A DNA stretch of 64,000 nt from Hemiscyllium ocellatum (taxonomy: Eukaryota), in NCBI RefSeq assembly GCF_020745735.1, contig NC_083428.1, forward strand, positions 39,866,001 through 39,930,000, in the 5' to 3' direction. Under the pieces are notes generated by a model. That model was not told the DNA's origin, did not search any database, and saw only the letters and a list, made by a program, of their open reading frames with translations. The translations under genes were made by a program, and so were the position numbers. Positions 1 through 12,442 of this stretch are shown here, piece by piece; the stretch's first letter is position 1, and every line of letters starts with the position of its first letter.

Positions 1-1170
1 GTTTGTTGTGTTAGGCGTGAGATAGATGTTGACCAGTGACATACAGCAACATGTCCACCTCCCTCTTTAACCAGTCACTGCTGACAACCCCGACAAGCCG
101 CCAAGCCCCGTGGCTGTGCTAAAAGGGAAGGCAACACAGAGTGTACTGTGTGTAAGTTCTGAATGAGGCAGCAAAGTGCAAAAAGCCAAGGCAAGGCAGA
201 GCATAGATACTGCGAGCATCAAAGGCAGTGTAAAGTGAGTAAGTGTTACATAGTGAGCAAAATGCTCTGTGATGGACCCTGCTCCAATGCATAATGTGGG
301 TGCCTGACCCTGAGTGCAAAGTATACTGGCAGCAGCATTACAATGAAAGCTGTCAGTGTGCTCCATACCGCAGCACTGAAGTGGAGAGGTGTGTTGTAAG
401 TGAGTCAGAGACGCGCCATGACGATGTGGTCAGGCTGATGCATTTCTGATGCCAAACTCCATGGACCCGGGATTCACCTTAGTCATTCCCCAGGGAGTGA
501 ACACTGAGATACTGGGAATACTGGCCAAGATGGTGGTCCAGAGGAGCATGCGTTGAGTGGGAGCCTGCAGGTGCCACCTTTGAGGGTCATGTGGGGAATT
601 GGTGCCACCTAGTTTCTCCCCACTGCTGGGAGGATAGCAAACTGCAGATAAATAACATGAGAATAAGCAACATTGAGATGTTTGATCATGGAAACAGGCC
701 ACTTGTTTTTCATTGGCAGGATTCTCATCTCATTGTTCAAAATTGGTTACAAACTAGAACTGTTTTTCATAAAGTTGAGAATCTCATTTTCCTGATCTTG
801 CATTTCTGATCTCCCGTGTCATACAAGGACTGGGAGAATTCTACCGATTGATTCAAATAAACATGTTTCTCCTGCTATCCAAAAGTAGAGCATTCCTGAG
901 AAACCTTTCATAAGCCGAAATGGCATAAAGTGAAGAAGCAATTAGTGAAAAAGCGAAAATCCTCTTTGGATTTCTTTTGGTTAGTGAAAACAGATGCTAA
1001 TGTAGGTCTTTTGTAAAGGTGAAGTGGCATAAAGCGAACTTTCGAAAAGCAGGGAATACCTGTAGATTCATTCTGACGCAAAGAGGAATGAAGACTTGAC
1101 TGAAAGCAATTCAAATGGCTTCATCCATAGTTATCGTAGAGTCATAGAGTCATAGAATCCCACAGCATGG

Positions 1171-3243
1171 CCTGGATGTAGGTTTGCTCGCTGAGCTGCA
1201 AGTTTCGTTTTTAGGCGTTTCATCATCATACTAGGTAACATCATCAGTGAGCCTCCAGATGAAGGACTGGTGGCATGGCCCACTTTCTATTTATGTGTTT
1301 AGGTTTCCTTGGGTTGGTGGTGTCATTTCCTGTGGTGATGTCATTTCGAGTGGTGACATAATTTCCTGTTCTTTTTCTCAGGGGATGGTAAATAGGATCC
1401 AAGTCAATGTGTTTGTTGACAGAGTTCCGGTTGGAATTCCATGCTTCTAGGAATTCTCACACATGTCTCTGTTTGGCTTGTCCTCAGATGGATGTGTTGT
1501 TCCAGTTGAAGTGGTTTCCTTCCTCAACTGTTTATAAGGATGCTAGTGAGAGTGGGTCATGTCTTTTTGTGGCTAGCTGATGTTCATGTATCCTGGTGGT
1601 TAGTTTTCTGCCTGTTTGTCCAACATAGTGTTTGTTACAGTTCTTGCATGGTATTTTGTAAATGTCATTAGTTTTGCTTGTTATCTGTATAGGATCTTTC
1701 AGGTTCATTAGCTGCTGTTTTAGTATGTTGGTGGGTATGTGGGCTACCAAAGAGGTCTGAGGGGTCTAGCAGTCATTTCTGAGATGTCTTTATGTACGGG
1801 AGAGTGGCTAAGGCTTCTGGACGCATTTTATCTGCTTGTTTGGGTTTATTGCTGAGAAATTGGTGGACTGTGTTCATTGGGTACCCGTTCTTTTTGAATA
1901 CACTGTATTCATGATTTTCCTCTGCTCTGCTTAGTTCCTCTGTGTTGCAGTGTGTGGTGGCTCATTGAAATAATGTTCTAATGCAGCTTCGTTTGTGGGT
2001 GTTAGGGTGTAATGCAGTATTTGGTCAGTATGTGTTGTTTTCATGTAGACGCTGGTTTGAAGTTCCCCATTTACTGTTCATTCTACTGCAACATCTAGGA
2101 ATGGCAGTTTGTTGTTGGTTTCCTCCTCTTTATTGAATTTCATGCAGTAAGGGTATTATTGATGGTTTTGAAGGCTTCTAATTTGTTTTGTTTAGTGATG
2201 ACAAATGATGTCATCCATGTAGTGGACCCAAAGTTTCGGTTGGATGGTTGGCAGAGCTGTTTGTTGGAGTCTCTGCATTACTGCCTCTGCTAAGAACCCT
2301 GAAGTCGAAGATTCCATGGATGTTCCATTGGTTTGTCTGTAGGTTTTGTTGTTGAAGGTAAAGTGGGTGGTACCGCAGAGGTCCACTAGCTTGATAAAGT
2401 TGCCCCTGCTTGATGGTGTTTGGTGTATGTATCTTTGGTTCTTCTAATAGTGTAGACAGTGTTTCCTTGGCCAAGTTTATGTTGATGGATGCGCACAGGA
2501 CTGTTACGTCATAGGAGACCATTATTTCATTCTCTTCTATCTTGGTGTCTTTGATGGTCTTCAGGAATTCTAGGGTGGAGTGGATGGAGTGGTGTGAGCC
2601 TTCTACTCAGTGTTTTAGTCTTTGGTGTGGCTCCTTGGCCAGTCTGTAAGCTGGTGTTCCCGGGAGCGAAACTCTGGGTCTGAGGGGGGCTCCTGGTTTG
2701 TGAATTTTGGGTAGTCCGTAGAAGCGTGGTGTGTTGGATCTGTCTGGTTTCATTTTTTGGAAATCGGTTTTATTTGTTTCTCCAGATTTCTGAAGTTTTT
2801 TGAGTAGGACTGTGATTTGATTCTCTAGTTGTGGGGTCGGGTCTATCGACACTTTGTTGGTAAGTGTTGGTATTTTCAAGTAGTGCGTTCGCTTTCTCAG
2901 TGTGGTCTCTTTGATTTAAAATGACTGTCAAGTGTCCTTTGTCTGCAAGTAGGATAACAATGTTTTTATCTTTGTTTAGTCTTTCCAGTGCTTTCCTTTC
3001 TTGTGTATTGAGTGTGTTTCCTTCCTTTTTCCTGCTTAATGTTGGTGCGACTGTCTGTACGATGGTTTGCTGGGTTTTCTCTGCGAGTTGGTTGTCTTTC
3101 AGTGTTGTTTCTAAAGCTGCTAAGAAATCTTTCTCATCCACATCTTGGAAGTTGTAATTTAATCCTTTGACTAAGACGGCTTTTTCAGTGTCTGTTCAGG
3201 GTTGGTCAGATAAGATTTTTTATCCATGCTTCTATATTGTCCA
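1171..3243 (-). mobile_element. Degenerate Penelope-like retroelement (RT + GIY-YIG endonuclease)
   Basis: Minus-strand ORF fragments: PRFYGLPKIHKPGAPLRP (2607-2879), RQTNGTSM...WVHYMDD RT core (2192-2386), IYKIPCKNCNKHYVGQTGR GIY-YIG (1532-1750). Frameshifted; it splits a CR1 3' tail (1137-1168 / 3262 onward). Confidence 0.9.
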
Positions 3244-3261
3244 TATTGTTATTTTGTGATG

Positions 3262-4600
3262 ACCCTTTGGCCCAAACTGGTCCGTGGCAATGAGAATGTC
3301 CATCCACGCTAACCCCATTTCCCTGCACTTGGCCCATATCCTTTTTAATCTTTCCTATCCATGTATTTGTCCAAATGCCTTTTAAATATTGTTAATGTAC
3401 CCACCTCAACCACTTCTGCTGGCAGCTCATTCCATATGCGTACAACCTTCTGTGTAAAAGCATTGCCCCCTCAGGTTCCCTTTTATTCTTTCCCCTCTAA
3501 CCTTAAACTGATGCCCCCTAGTCCTCGTTCCCCCAACCCTGGGAAAAACGACTGAGTGCATTCACCCTATCAATGCCTCTCATGATCTTATGTTCTTCTA
3601 TAAGATCCCCATCAGTCTCCAATGTTCTAAGTTTAAAAAGCCTAGCTTGTCCAACCTCTCCCTATGATTCAGATCCTTGAGTCCTGCTAATATCCTTGTA
3701 AATTTCTTCTACACTCTTTCCATCTCTCTTCCTTTAGCAAGATGACCATAACAGAACACACCACTCCAAGTGCAGCCTCACTAACGTCCTGTAGAGCAGC
3801 AAAATAACTTCTCAACTCTTATACTTAATGCTCTGACTGATGAAGGTCAGTGTGCCAAAAGCCTTCTTTGCTGCCCTGTCTACCTGTGAGTCCACTTTCA
3901 AAGAGCCGTGCACCTGAATTCCAAGGTCCTTCTGTTCCACTGTACTCCTTAAAGCACTACCATTCACCATGAATCTCCTACCTTGATTTCACTTTCCAAA
4001 ATGCGAAAAGCTCACACTTATCAATATTAAATTCCATTTACCATTTCTCGGCCCACTTCTCCAGCTGATCAAGGTGCTGCTGCAATTTCTGATAAACTTC
4101 CTTGCCATCCATGATACCACCTATTATAGTGTCATCAGCAAACCTACTAATCAAGCCTTATACATTCTCATCCAAATCATTGATATAGATAACAAATAGC
4201 TGACCCCTGAGGCACTCCACTAGTCACAGGCCTCCATTCTAACAAGCATCCTACCACTATTACTCTCTGCTTCCTACCATCAAGCCAAATGTGTATCCAA
4301 TTTGTCAGCTCCCCCTGGATTCCATGCAGCCTTCTAGAGCAGTGTACCATGTGGAATCTTATCAAAGGCCTCACTGAAATCCATACAGACCATGTATATC
4401 ACCCTGCCCATTTCAACCTTCCTGGTCGCTTCATCAAAGAACTCTAACAAATTTGTGAGACATAATCTCCCGTGCACACACCCTGTCTTTCCAAATGCAC
4501 GGACACCTTATCTTTCAAAATCTTCTCAAGTAACTTACCTATCACAAATATTAGGCTTACTAGTGTGCAGTTCCCAGGTTTTTCTTTGATCTGGCCATCT
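3262..4600 (-). mobile_element. CR1-clade LINE 3' fragment
   Basis: Minus-strand RT pieces (GELTNWIHIWLDGRKQRVIV...VTSGVPQGS; VIGKLLEKILKDK) and typical shark CR1 3' sequence. Confidence 0.8.
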
Positions 4601-5964
4601 GATCTGGTTACACGAGGCCCTTTGCTCATCTAATCTTTTAAATGAACAGAGCTTAAGTAACATTCCGAGTCAACATAACCTGACCGATGGAGTGGCTGTT
4701 GGAGTGAAAGGGAGATTTCCTGCAGTTCACAACAAATATTCCCTGTACAGCAAACAACAATGAAACACACATTTATTAACGTAATGGAAGGACCCAAGTG
4801 ATTCACAAGAATTTGAGAAGACAAATTATGTCACTGAGCCTCTGAGGGAAATATTGGGTTGAATTGTCAAAATCTTGTTCAAAGAATTGGTTTTATAACT
4901 GACTGAAAGGAGGAAGACAAGCTGGGGAAGTGGAGAGTATAGGTAGGGACTTTCAGATTTTGGGACCTAGGGAAATGAAGGCATGATCAGAAATGGTCAA
5001 GTAATCGCAATTGGGGATGCACAGGAGACAGAATTAGAGGAACATTGATGTCTTAGACTTTGTGAGTCTGGAGGTGATAATAAACACAGAGGAGCAAGAA
5101 AACAGAAGGGTTTGCAAACAAAAGGTGAGAATTTTAAAATCAAGACATCACTGGACAGAAGTCACCATAAATGAGCAAGTATGGAGCTGACAAAATGGAT
5201 GTAGTTTGTAACATAAAGATCTAAGCCATACATTACTGGGTTGTGTGGCCAATTGCACCAAGATAACAAATCTGGTCTTGGAAATAGATAAATGCTTTAT
5301 GATCAACCTGGCAATCAAATCTTGGACAGCTTGAGATTATTGTTGCTGGTTAACCAGTCACAGAGAGATAATTGTTTGCACACAGTGTCAGATGGATGTG
5401 CAGGCTACAGCTTAGAGAGGTACAGTACAAGGCATTTCTTTCCTTGGCTGGCGAAAGTTTCCTGAGGAATTGCTGTGCATGAGGAATGCAGGAGAAATAG
5501 AAATTGTTTCAGCTAAACATCTCACCAATACTGCAGAGATATTTACCCATCTGGATCTAGATGGTTGAACTGTAGCATTGCATCTTAAATTCCTTAAGTT
5601 TGTCTCTTGCCCTGTCTGAATGGAGGGAAGTGAGATGTTTAAAGGAGAATTTGAGCACCCAACGCTTAGGCAGCTCTAAAGATTCAAAATTCAAGCAGAA
5701 GAATTTTAATTTGAAGTTAATTTGCAGGATGTGGGCACCGCTGGCTGGGCCAGCATTTATTGCCTGTCAGTTGCCCTTGAGAAGGTGATGGTGAGCTCCC
5801 TTCTTGATTTGCTGCAGTCCATCTGCTGTGGGTTGACATTAGGGAGGGAATTCCAGGATTTTGACCCAGTGACAGATATATTTCCAAGTCAGGATGGTAA
5901 ATGGCTTGTGCGGGGAATTTAAAGGTGATGATGTTCCCATGTATCTGCTGCCCTTGTCCTTCCA

Positions 5965-6200
5965 GAGGACAGATGTCAGAGGTAGTTTCTCTACTCAGAG
6001 AGTAGTAAGGGTATGAAATGTTTTGCCTGCAACGGTAGTAAATTCACAAACTTTAAGTACATTTAAGTCGTCATTGGACAAGCATATGGACGTACATGGA
6101 ATAGTGTAGGTTAGACGGGCTTCAGATTGGTATGACAGGTCGGCGCAATATCGAGGGCCAAAGGGCCTGTACTGTGCTGTAATGTTCTATGTTCTATGTG
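5965..6200 (+). mobile_element. CR1 LINE 3' end
   Basis: Typical 3' end finishing in ctgtaatgttctatgttctatg short tandem tail. Confidence 0.7.
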
Positions 6201-6384
6201 GGTGTGGAAGGTGTTGTCTGAGGATCTTTGGTGAATTTCTGCAGTGTATCTTAGAGATAGTTGATACTGCTGCTACAGAGTGTTGGTGGCGGAGGGAGTG
6301 GATGCTTGTGGGTGCAGTGCCATCAAGTGAGCTCCTGTGTCCTTGGTGATGTCGAGCTTTCTGAGTGTTCCTGGAGCAGCATGT

Positions 6385-9380
6385 GTGCAGAAGGGTTTAA
6401 GTTCAAGGCAGACTATGAAAGAATGAAAAAGAAAGGAAAACGCAGGAGAATATAATTCAAGGTATTGGAAGTCATGAGGTAAGAAAGCTAGCATAAGGGC
6501 ACCTTACATGAATGCTCATAGCATTCGTAACAAGGTCGATGAGTTAACTGCACAAATCATCACAAAGGAATATGATTTAGTAGCCATTGCGGAGACTTGG
6601 TTAAAGGATGTTCACAACTGGGAGTTAAACATCCAGGGCTACCAAACTATTTGGAAGAACAGACAGGAAGGTAAGAGAAGTGGTGTAGCTCTAATAATCA
6701 AGGAACACTTCAGGGTGGTGCTGAGAGACGATATAGGTTGTATGGAGAATGAGCTTGAATCTATTTGGATGGAAATTAAAAATTCTAAGAAGAAAAGGTC
6801 ACTGATAGGCCTGGTCTATAGGCCACCAAATAATAACATCACATCGGGGTGGGCAATAAACAAAGACATAACTAATGCCTGTAAAAATGGTACGGCAATT
6901 ATTATAGGGGGATTTTAATCTCCATGTCGATTGGTCGAAGCAGCTCAGTCAGGGTAGTTTTGAGGAGGAGTTTGTTGAGTGTATCTGTGAATTTTCTTGA
7001 ACAATATGTAATGGAACTGATGAGGGTGCAATCTATCCTTGATCTGGTTCTGTGTAATGAGACAGGAATAATTAATGACCTCATAGTCAGGGATCCTCTT
7101 GGAAGGAGCGATCACAGTAAGGTTGAATTTAGAATACAGTTGGAGAGTGTGAAGATAAAATCCAATACCAGGGTCCTACAATAGAATGAAGGAGGTGTTG
7201 GCTACAAAATATTTTGAAATAAAAATTTGACGGTGAGGCAGTTGACAAGCAGTGGAAGACTTTCAAAGCAATTTTTCAAAGTGCTCAGCAAAAGTATATT
7301 CCAGTGAAAAGGAAGGACTGTAAAAAAAAGGGGGTATCTGCCATGGATGCCTAAGGAAATAAGGGAGTCTATCAAATTGACAGAGAAGGCATACAAAGTG
7401 GCCAAAAACAGCAGGAAACTAGAAGATTGGGAAAACTTTAAAGGTCAACAGAAAGCCACAAACAGAGCTATAAAAAAAAGTAAGGTAGAACATGAGAAAA
7501 ATCTAGCACAGAATATAAAGACAAATAGCAAAAGTTTCTACAAATATATAAAATGAAAGAGTGGCTCAAGTAAATGTTGATCTTTTAGAGGATGAGAAGG
7601 GGCATTTAATGATGGGATATGAGGAAATGGCTGAGACATTGAACAGATATTTAGTATCAATCTTCACAGTGGAGGACACTAATAACATGCTAGAAATTGA
7701 CAAAGTAACGAAGGTAGGTGAGGACCTGGAAACAATTATTATTATGGAAGAGGTAGTGTTGGGCAAGCTGATGGAGCTAAAAGTAGACAAGTCTCCTGGC
7801 CCAGATGGAATGTATCCCAGGATACTAAAGCAGATAGCAGGAGAAACAGTAAGTGCACTGGTGATAATTTTCCAAAATTCTCTGGACTCTGGGGCAGTTC
7901 CAGCAGACTGGAAAACAGCAGATGTGATGCCACTGTTTAAAAAGGGAGGTAGAGAAAAGATGGAGAATTATTGACAGGTTAGCTTAACCTTTGTAGTGGG
8001 GAAAATGCTTGAGTCTATTATCAAGGAAGAAATAGCAAGAAATCTAAATAGGTATTGTCCCATTGGGCAGACACAGCATGGGTTCATGAAGGGTAGATCA
8101 TGCTTAATAAATCTTTGGAAATTCTATGAAGACATTATGAGCAAAGTGGACAATGGGGACCCAGTTGATGTGGTGTACCTAGATTTCCAAAAGACCTTCA
8201 ACAAGGTGCCACACAAGAGGCTGCTGCCTAAGATAAAAATACATGGGATTACAGGTAAAGTATTAGCATGATAGATTCATTGACTAACAGGAAGCAAAGA
8301 GTGGGGATAAATGAGTGCTATTCTGGCTGACAATCTGAACTAGTGGTGTGCCTCAGGGATCAGTGTTGGGACCACAATTATTCACAATTTACAGAGATGA
8401 TTTGGGGTTGGAGACCACATGTATGGTGTCAAAATTTGCCGATGACACTAAGATGAGTGGCAGAGCAAAGTGTGCAGGGTACTGAGAAACTTTGCGGAAG
8501 GATATAGATAGTTTAAGTGAGTGGGCAAAGGCCTGGCAGATGGAATAAATGTGAATATATGTTAATAAATGTGAAGTCATCCATCTTGGTAGGATTAACA
8601 GTAAAAAGGATTATGACTTCAATGGTTAAAAAGTTGCAGCGTGCTGCTATGCAGAGGGACCTGGATGTCCTTGTGCATGAATCACAGAAGGTTGGTTTGC
8701 AGGTACAACAGGTTATTAGGAAAGCAAATGGAATTTTGTCCTTCATTGCTAAAGAGATTGAGTTTAAAGCAGGGAGGTTATATTGCAGCTCTACAGGGTG
8801 CTGGTGGGGCCACACCTGGAGTACTGTGTGCAGTTTTGGTCTCCTTACTTGAGAAAGGATGTACTGGCACTGGAGGGGGTGCAGAGGAGGTTCACTCGGT
8901 TGGTTCTGGAGTTGAGGGGATTTGCTTATGAGGAGAGACTGAGTAGACTGGGATTATATTCATTAGAATTCAGAAGAATGAGGGGGGATCTTATAGAAAC
9001 ATATAAAATTATGAAGGGAATAGATAAGATAGAAGTAGAGAGGATATTTCCACTGGCAGGTGAAACTAGGTCAAGAGGGCATAGCCTCAAGGTTAGAGGG
9101 AGCAGACTTAGGACTGAATTGAGAAGGAACTTCTTCACCCAGAGGTTTGTACATCTGTGGAATTCCTTGCCCAGGGAGGTAGTTGATGCTACTTCAGTAA
9201 ACATCTTTAAAGCTAAGGAAGATTTTTTTTGAGCAATAACGGAATTAGTGGATATAGTGAGATAGGGTGTATGTGGAGCTGAGTCCATGAAAAGATCAGC
9301 CATGATCTTATTGAATAGTGGAGCAGGCTCGAAGGGTCAGATGGCCCACCTCCGCTGCTAGCTCTTATGTTCTTATGTTC
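6385..9380 (+). mobile_element. CR1-clade LINE with near-complete but frameshifted ORF2 (APE endonuclease + RT)
   Basis: MNAHSIRNKVDEL...DLVAIAETWL endonuclease start (6508), KSPGPDGMYPRILK, YLDFQKTFNKVPH, FADDTK codons near 8440, RRMRGDLIETYKI C-terminus, ttatgttcttatgttc tail. Confidence 0.93.
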
Positions 9381-9384
9381 ATAG

Positions 9385-10035
9385 ATCCCTGCTGTTAGCA
9401 GAACATGTGAATAGGATAGTTAAGAAGGCACAGGGTACACTTGTTTCTATCAGTTATGGCATAGAGTATAAGAGCAAGGAAGTAATGTTGGAGTTATACA
9501 GAGCGTTGGTTAGGGCACAGCTGGCATACTGTGTGCAGTTGTGGTCACCTCACTACAGGAAGGATGTAATAGCACTAGAGGGTGTAGTGGAGGTTCACTG
9601 GGATGTTGCCTGGAATGAGAAATTAAACTATAAGGAGAGACTAGAAAGGTTTACATTGTTTTGCTCGAGCAGAGAAGACTGAGGGGTGACATGATTAAGG
9701 TGCTTAAGATTATGAGGGTGAATAGAGAGTGGTTGTTCCCCTTGGTTGAAGGATGACAGTTTTTAGGTAAGATGTAGGAACTTCAGAGGAGAATTGAGAA
9801 AGAAACCATATTTACTCAGAGAGTCATGGGAAGCTGGAATGAACAGCCTGGGAAGGTCATGGAAGCTGGAAACCTTACAACCTAGCAAAATATTTGGATG
9901 AACACATGAAATATCATAACAGTTAAAGATATAGGACAAGTGTGGGAAATTGGGATTAATGCAGGTTTAGTGGTAGTTATTGTTGGTGCAGGCTCGATGG
10001 GCTGAAGGGCCTTTTCTGCGCTGTGTGATTCTGAG
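9385..10035 (+). mobile_element. CR1 LINE 3' fragment
   Basis: ELYRALVRAQLAYCVQLWSPHYRKDV motif (9407-9682) plus 3' UTR. Confidence 0.8.
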
Positions 10036-10103
10036 AACTTCAAGAATAGTGAATGTGGTCAAGAGGTGGATTAGCCCACGAGAGTCTTCCTAGCTTTCCT
10101 AAT

Positions 10104-10453
10104 GGGGTAAAAACAATGACTGCAGATGCTGGAAACCAGATTCTGGATCAGTGGTGCTGGAAGAGCACAGTAGTTCAGGCAGCATCCAACGAGCAGCGAA
10201 ATCGACGTTTCGGGCAAAAGCCCTTCATCAGGAATAAAGACAGTGAGCCTGAAGCATGGAGAGATAAGCTAGAGGAGGGTGAGGGTGGGGAGAGAGTAGC
10301 ATAGAGTACAATGGGTGAGTGGGGGAGGAGATGAAGGTGATAGGTCAGGGAGGAGAGGGTGGAGTGGATAGGTGGAAAAGGAGCTAGGCAGGTCGGACAA
10401 GTCCGGACAACTCTCTTCCCACCTCCACCCTCCCCTAGCTTATCTCTCCATGC
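10104..10453 (-). mobile_element. Penelope terminal-fragment insertion with hammerhead-like core and internal inversion
   Basis: 16-bp TSD tcctagctttcctaat (10088-10103 / 10454-10469); empty site in copy 2 near 43971-43990; CTGATGA-A-GGGCttttGCCC-GAAAC on minus strand at about 10201-10232. Confidence 0.85.
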
Positions 10454-10739
10454 TCCTAGCTTTCCTAATAGCTGAGAGAATTCCAGTACTGAAGCTGTGA
10501 CTATATAAGGTGGGCCTGGCTGAAAAAGGAAAAGAATTTCAAACATTTTGAGGTTCTTTAAATCACATCTTTGAGATTCATCTGAAGATTCTGACAGATG
10601 TTTCCCATCTGGTGCGCACACCAAAGGTTAACCTGGATGTCAGTGATATACACTGTCTGACCTCAGTGGGGTCAGGCTGTCATGTCAGGGAACAATTCTA
10701 ACTTCATCAATACAGTGAAAGGCCAGATTTGGGAGATTA

Positions 10740-12395
10740 GGGGCCAGGCTGTTCAGTGATGGGTCCTCCAGAGTGATTGAAGGTAAAAGATATGCAGTAG
10801 TGGATGGAATAGAGGGGAGTGTTATTAAGGCTAGTAGACTACCCAATGATTGGTCAGCGCAGACTTGCAAACTTTATGCACAAGGAAGAGCCGTTAACAT
10901 CTTGGAAGGCAAAGAAGGAACTGTATACACAGATTCTAAGAATGCCTTCGGATGGCACACACATTTGGGAAGATATGGCAGGAGAGGGGACTGATGAACA
11001 GTAGGGGTAAAGAAACCTTCACAAACCTTGGGTAAAGAACTGGCTCATGAGGAATTGGTAAAATAAGTATTGGAATCCCTTTTGTTGCCAATGGAAATAG
11101 CAATAGTCCACATAAATGGACTTCAGCAGGGACATGATCCCGAAGCAAAGGGAAATAGATTGGTGGATGAAGTCACTAAGGAGGCAGCTCTGAACCCCCA
11201 GCCCGCTACAATGTAGATTTTGGTACCGATGGTGCAGGAACCTGGGGGGAGACCGATATTTAGCACTAAGGAAGAGAGAGGTAGAAGAACTAGGAGCTCC
11301 AGTAAAGGGGTGCTGGATGCTACCTGATGGCCAGGAGATGCTAAATAAGATGATGATGCGAGAAATTAGGGCTGTCTTACACCAGGGAAGTCACTGGGGA
11401 GTGCAAGCAATGTGTGATTTGGTCTTAACGAAATATGGATGCAAAGGGATCTATACAGTAGCCAAACAGATGTGTGAGGGATGTATAACACGCAAGAAAA
11501 TCAACAAGAACATATTGAGGAAACAGGAGGGAGAGAACCTGAGCTAAGACCATTTCAGAGCATTCAGGTAGATTATACTGAATTACCCCGAGTGGGAAAA
11601 CTGAGGTATATGCTGGTAATGGTTGATCACCAATCTGGATAGGTGGAGGCATACCCTTTAGCCACTGCCACCGCAAGTGGGGTGTCCAAGATAATACTTG
11701 AACACTAATCCCCAGATACGGGATAATGGAATGTATAGATTTGGATCAGGAACTCATTTTACTTCCAGGGTACTCCAGGGAGTAATGAAGGGGTTAGGAA
11801 TCTCCTGGGAGTTCCACACCCCTTGGCACCCACCTTCAACAGGAAAGGTTGAGAGAATGAATCAGACACTCAAGAAGCAGTTATCGAAATTAATAGTAGA
11901 AACCAGACTCCCTTGGACTAAGTGTTTACCAAAGCCCTTTTGCAAGTGCGAACGGCCCCAAACGAAAGATATGGGGCTGTCCCCTTATGGGATATTGTTT
12001 GGCCTTCCCTATGTGGGAATGAAAGGGGAACTGCAACCCTGGAGACTAAAGGTCTGTTCTTAAAGAAGTATATAATGGGCATGTCCTCCTCTTTGTCTTT
12101 TCTCAGGAGACAATGGTTACTGGTACAGACTCCACCCCTTGAATTCGCCATTCATCCCATCTGGCCTGGAGATTGGGTCCTAATTAAGTCATGGACAGAA
12201 ACTAAATTGCAACCAGATTGGGAGGGACCGTACCAGGCTCTTTTGACTACCAAAATGGCGATACGCATGGTGGAAAAAGGCTGGACTCACTCCACCAGGA
12301 CTAAAGGACCGGTGGAATCCCCGGTTAAGAAAGAAGTCTGGACACCGAATCGACGGAAGAACCACCGAAACTCAGACTCAAAAGACTTTAAGTAA
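10740..12395 (+). pseudogene. pol: ERV pol remnant (RNase H + integrase), with stops and frameshifts
   Basis: LFSDGSSRVIEGKR and VYTDSK RNase H motifs; HQGSHWG...CEGC zinc finger; PFQSIQVDYTELP; FHTPWHPPSTGKVERMNQTLK DDE core; WEGPYQALLTT C-terminal module. Confidence 0.92.
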
Positions 12396-12442
12396 CTGAT
12401 TTTTATGCGGACGCGGGATAGTTTCTTTTTGATATCTATATA

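Noticed and set aside
1-1130. Possible host gene exon or transposon at the window start
   Set aside because: No recognisable protein motif or termini; the short tggcataaag(t/c)gaa repeat is insufficient to call an element.
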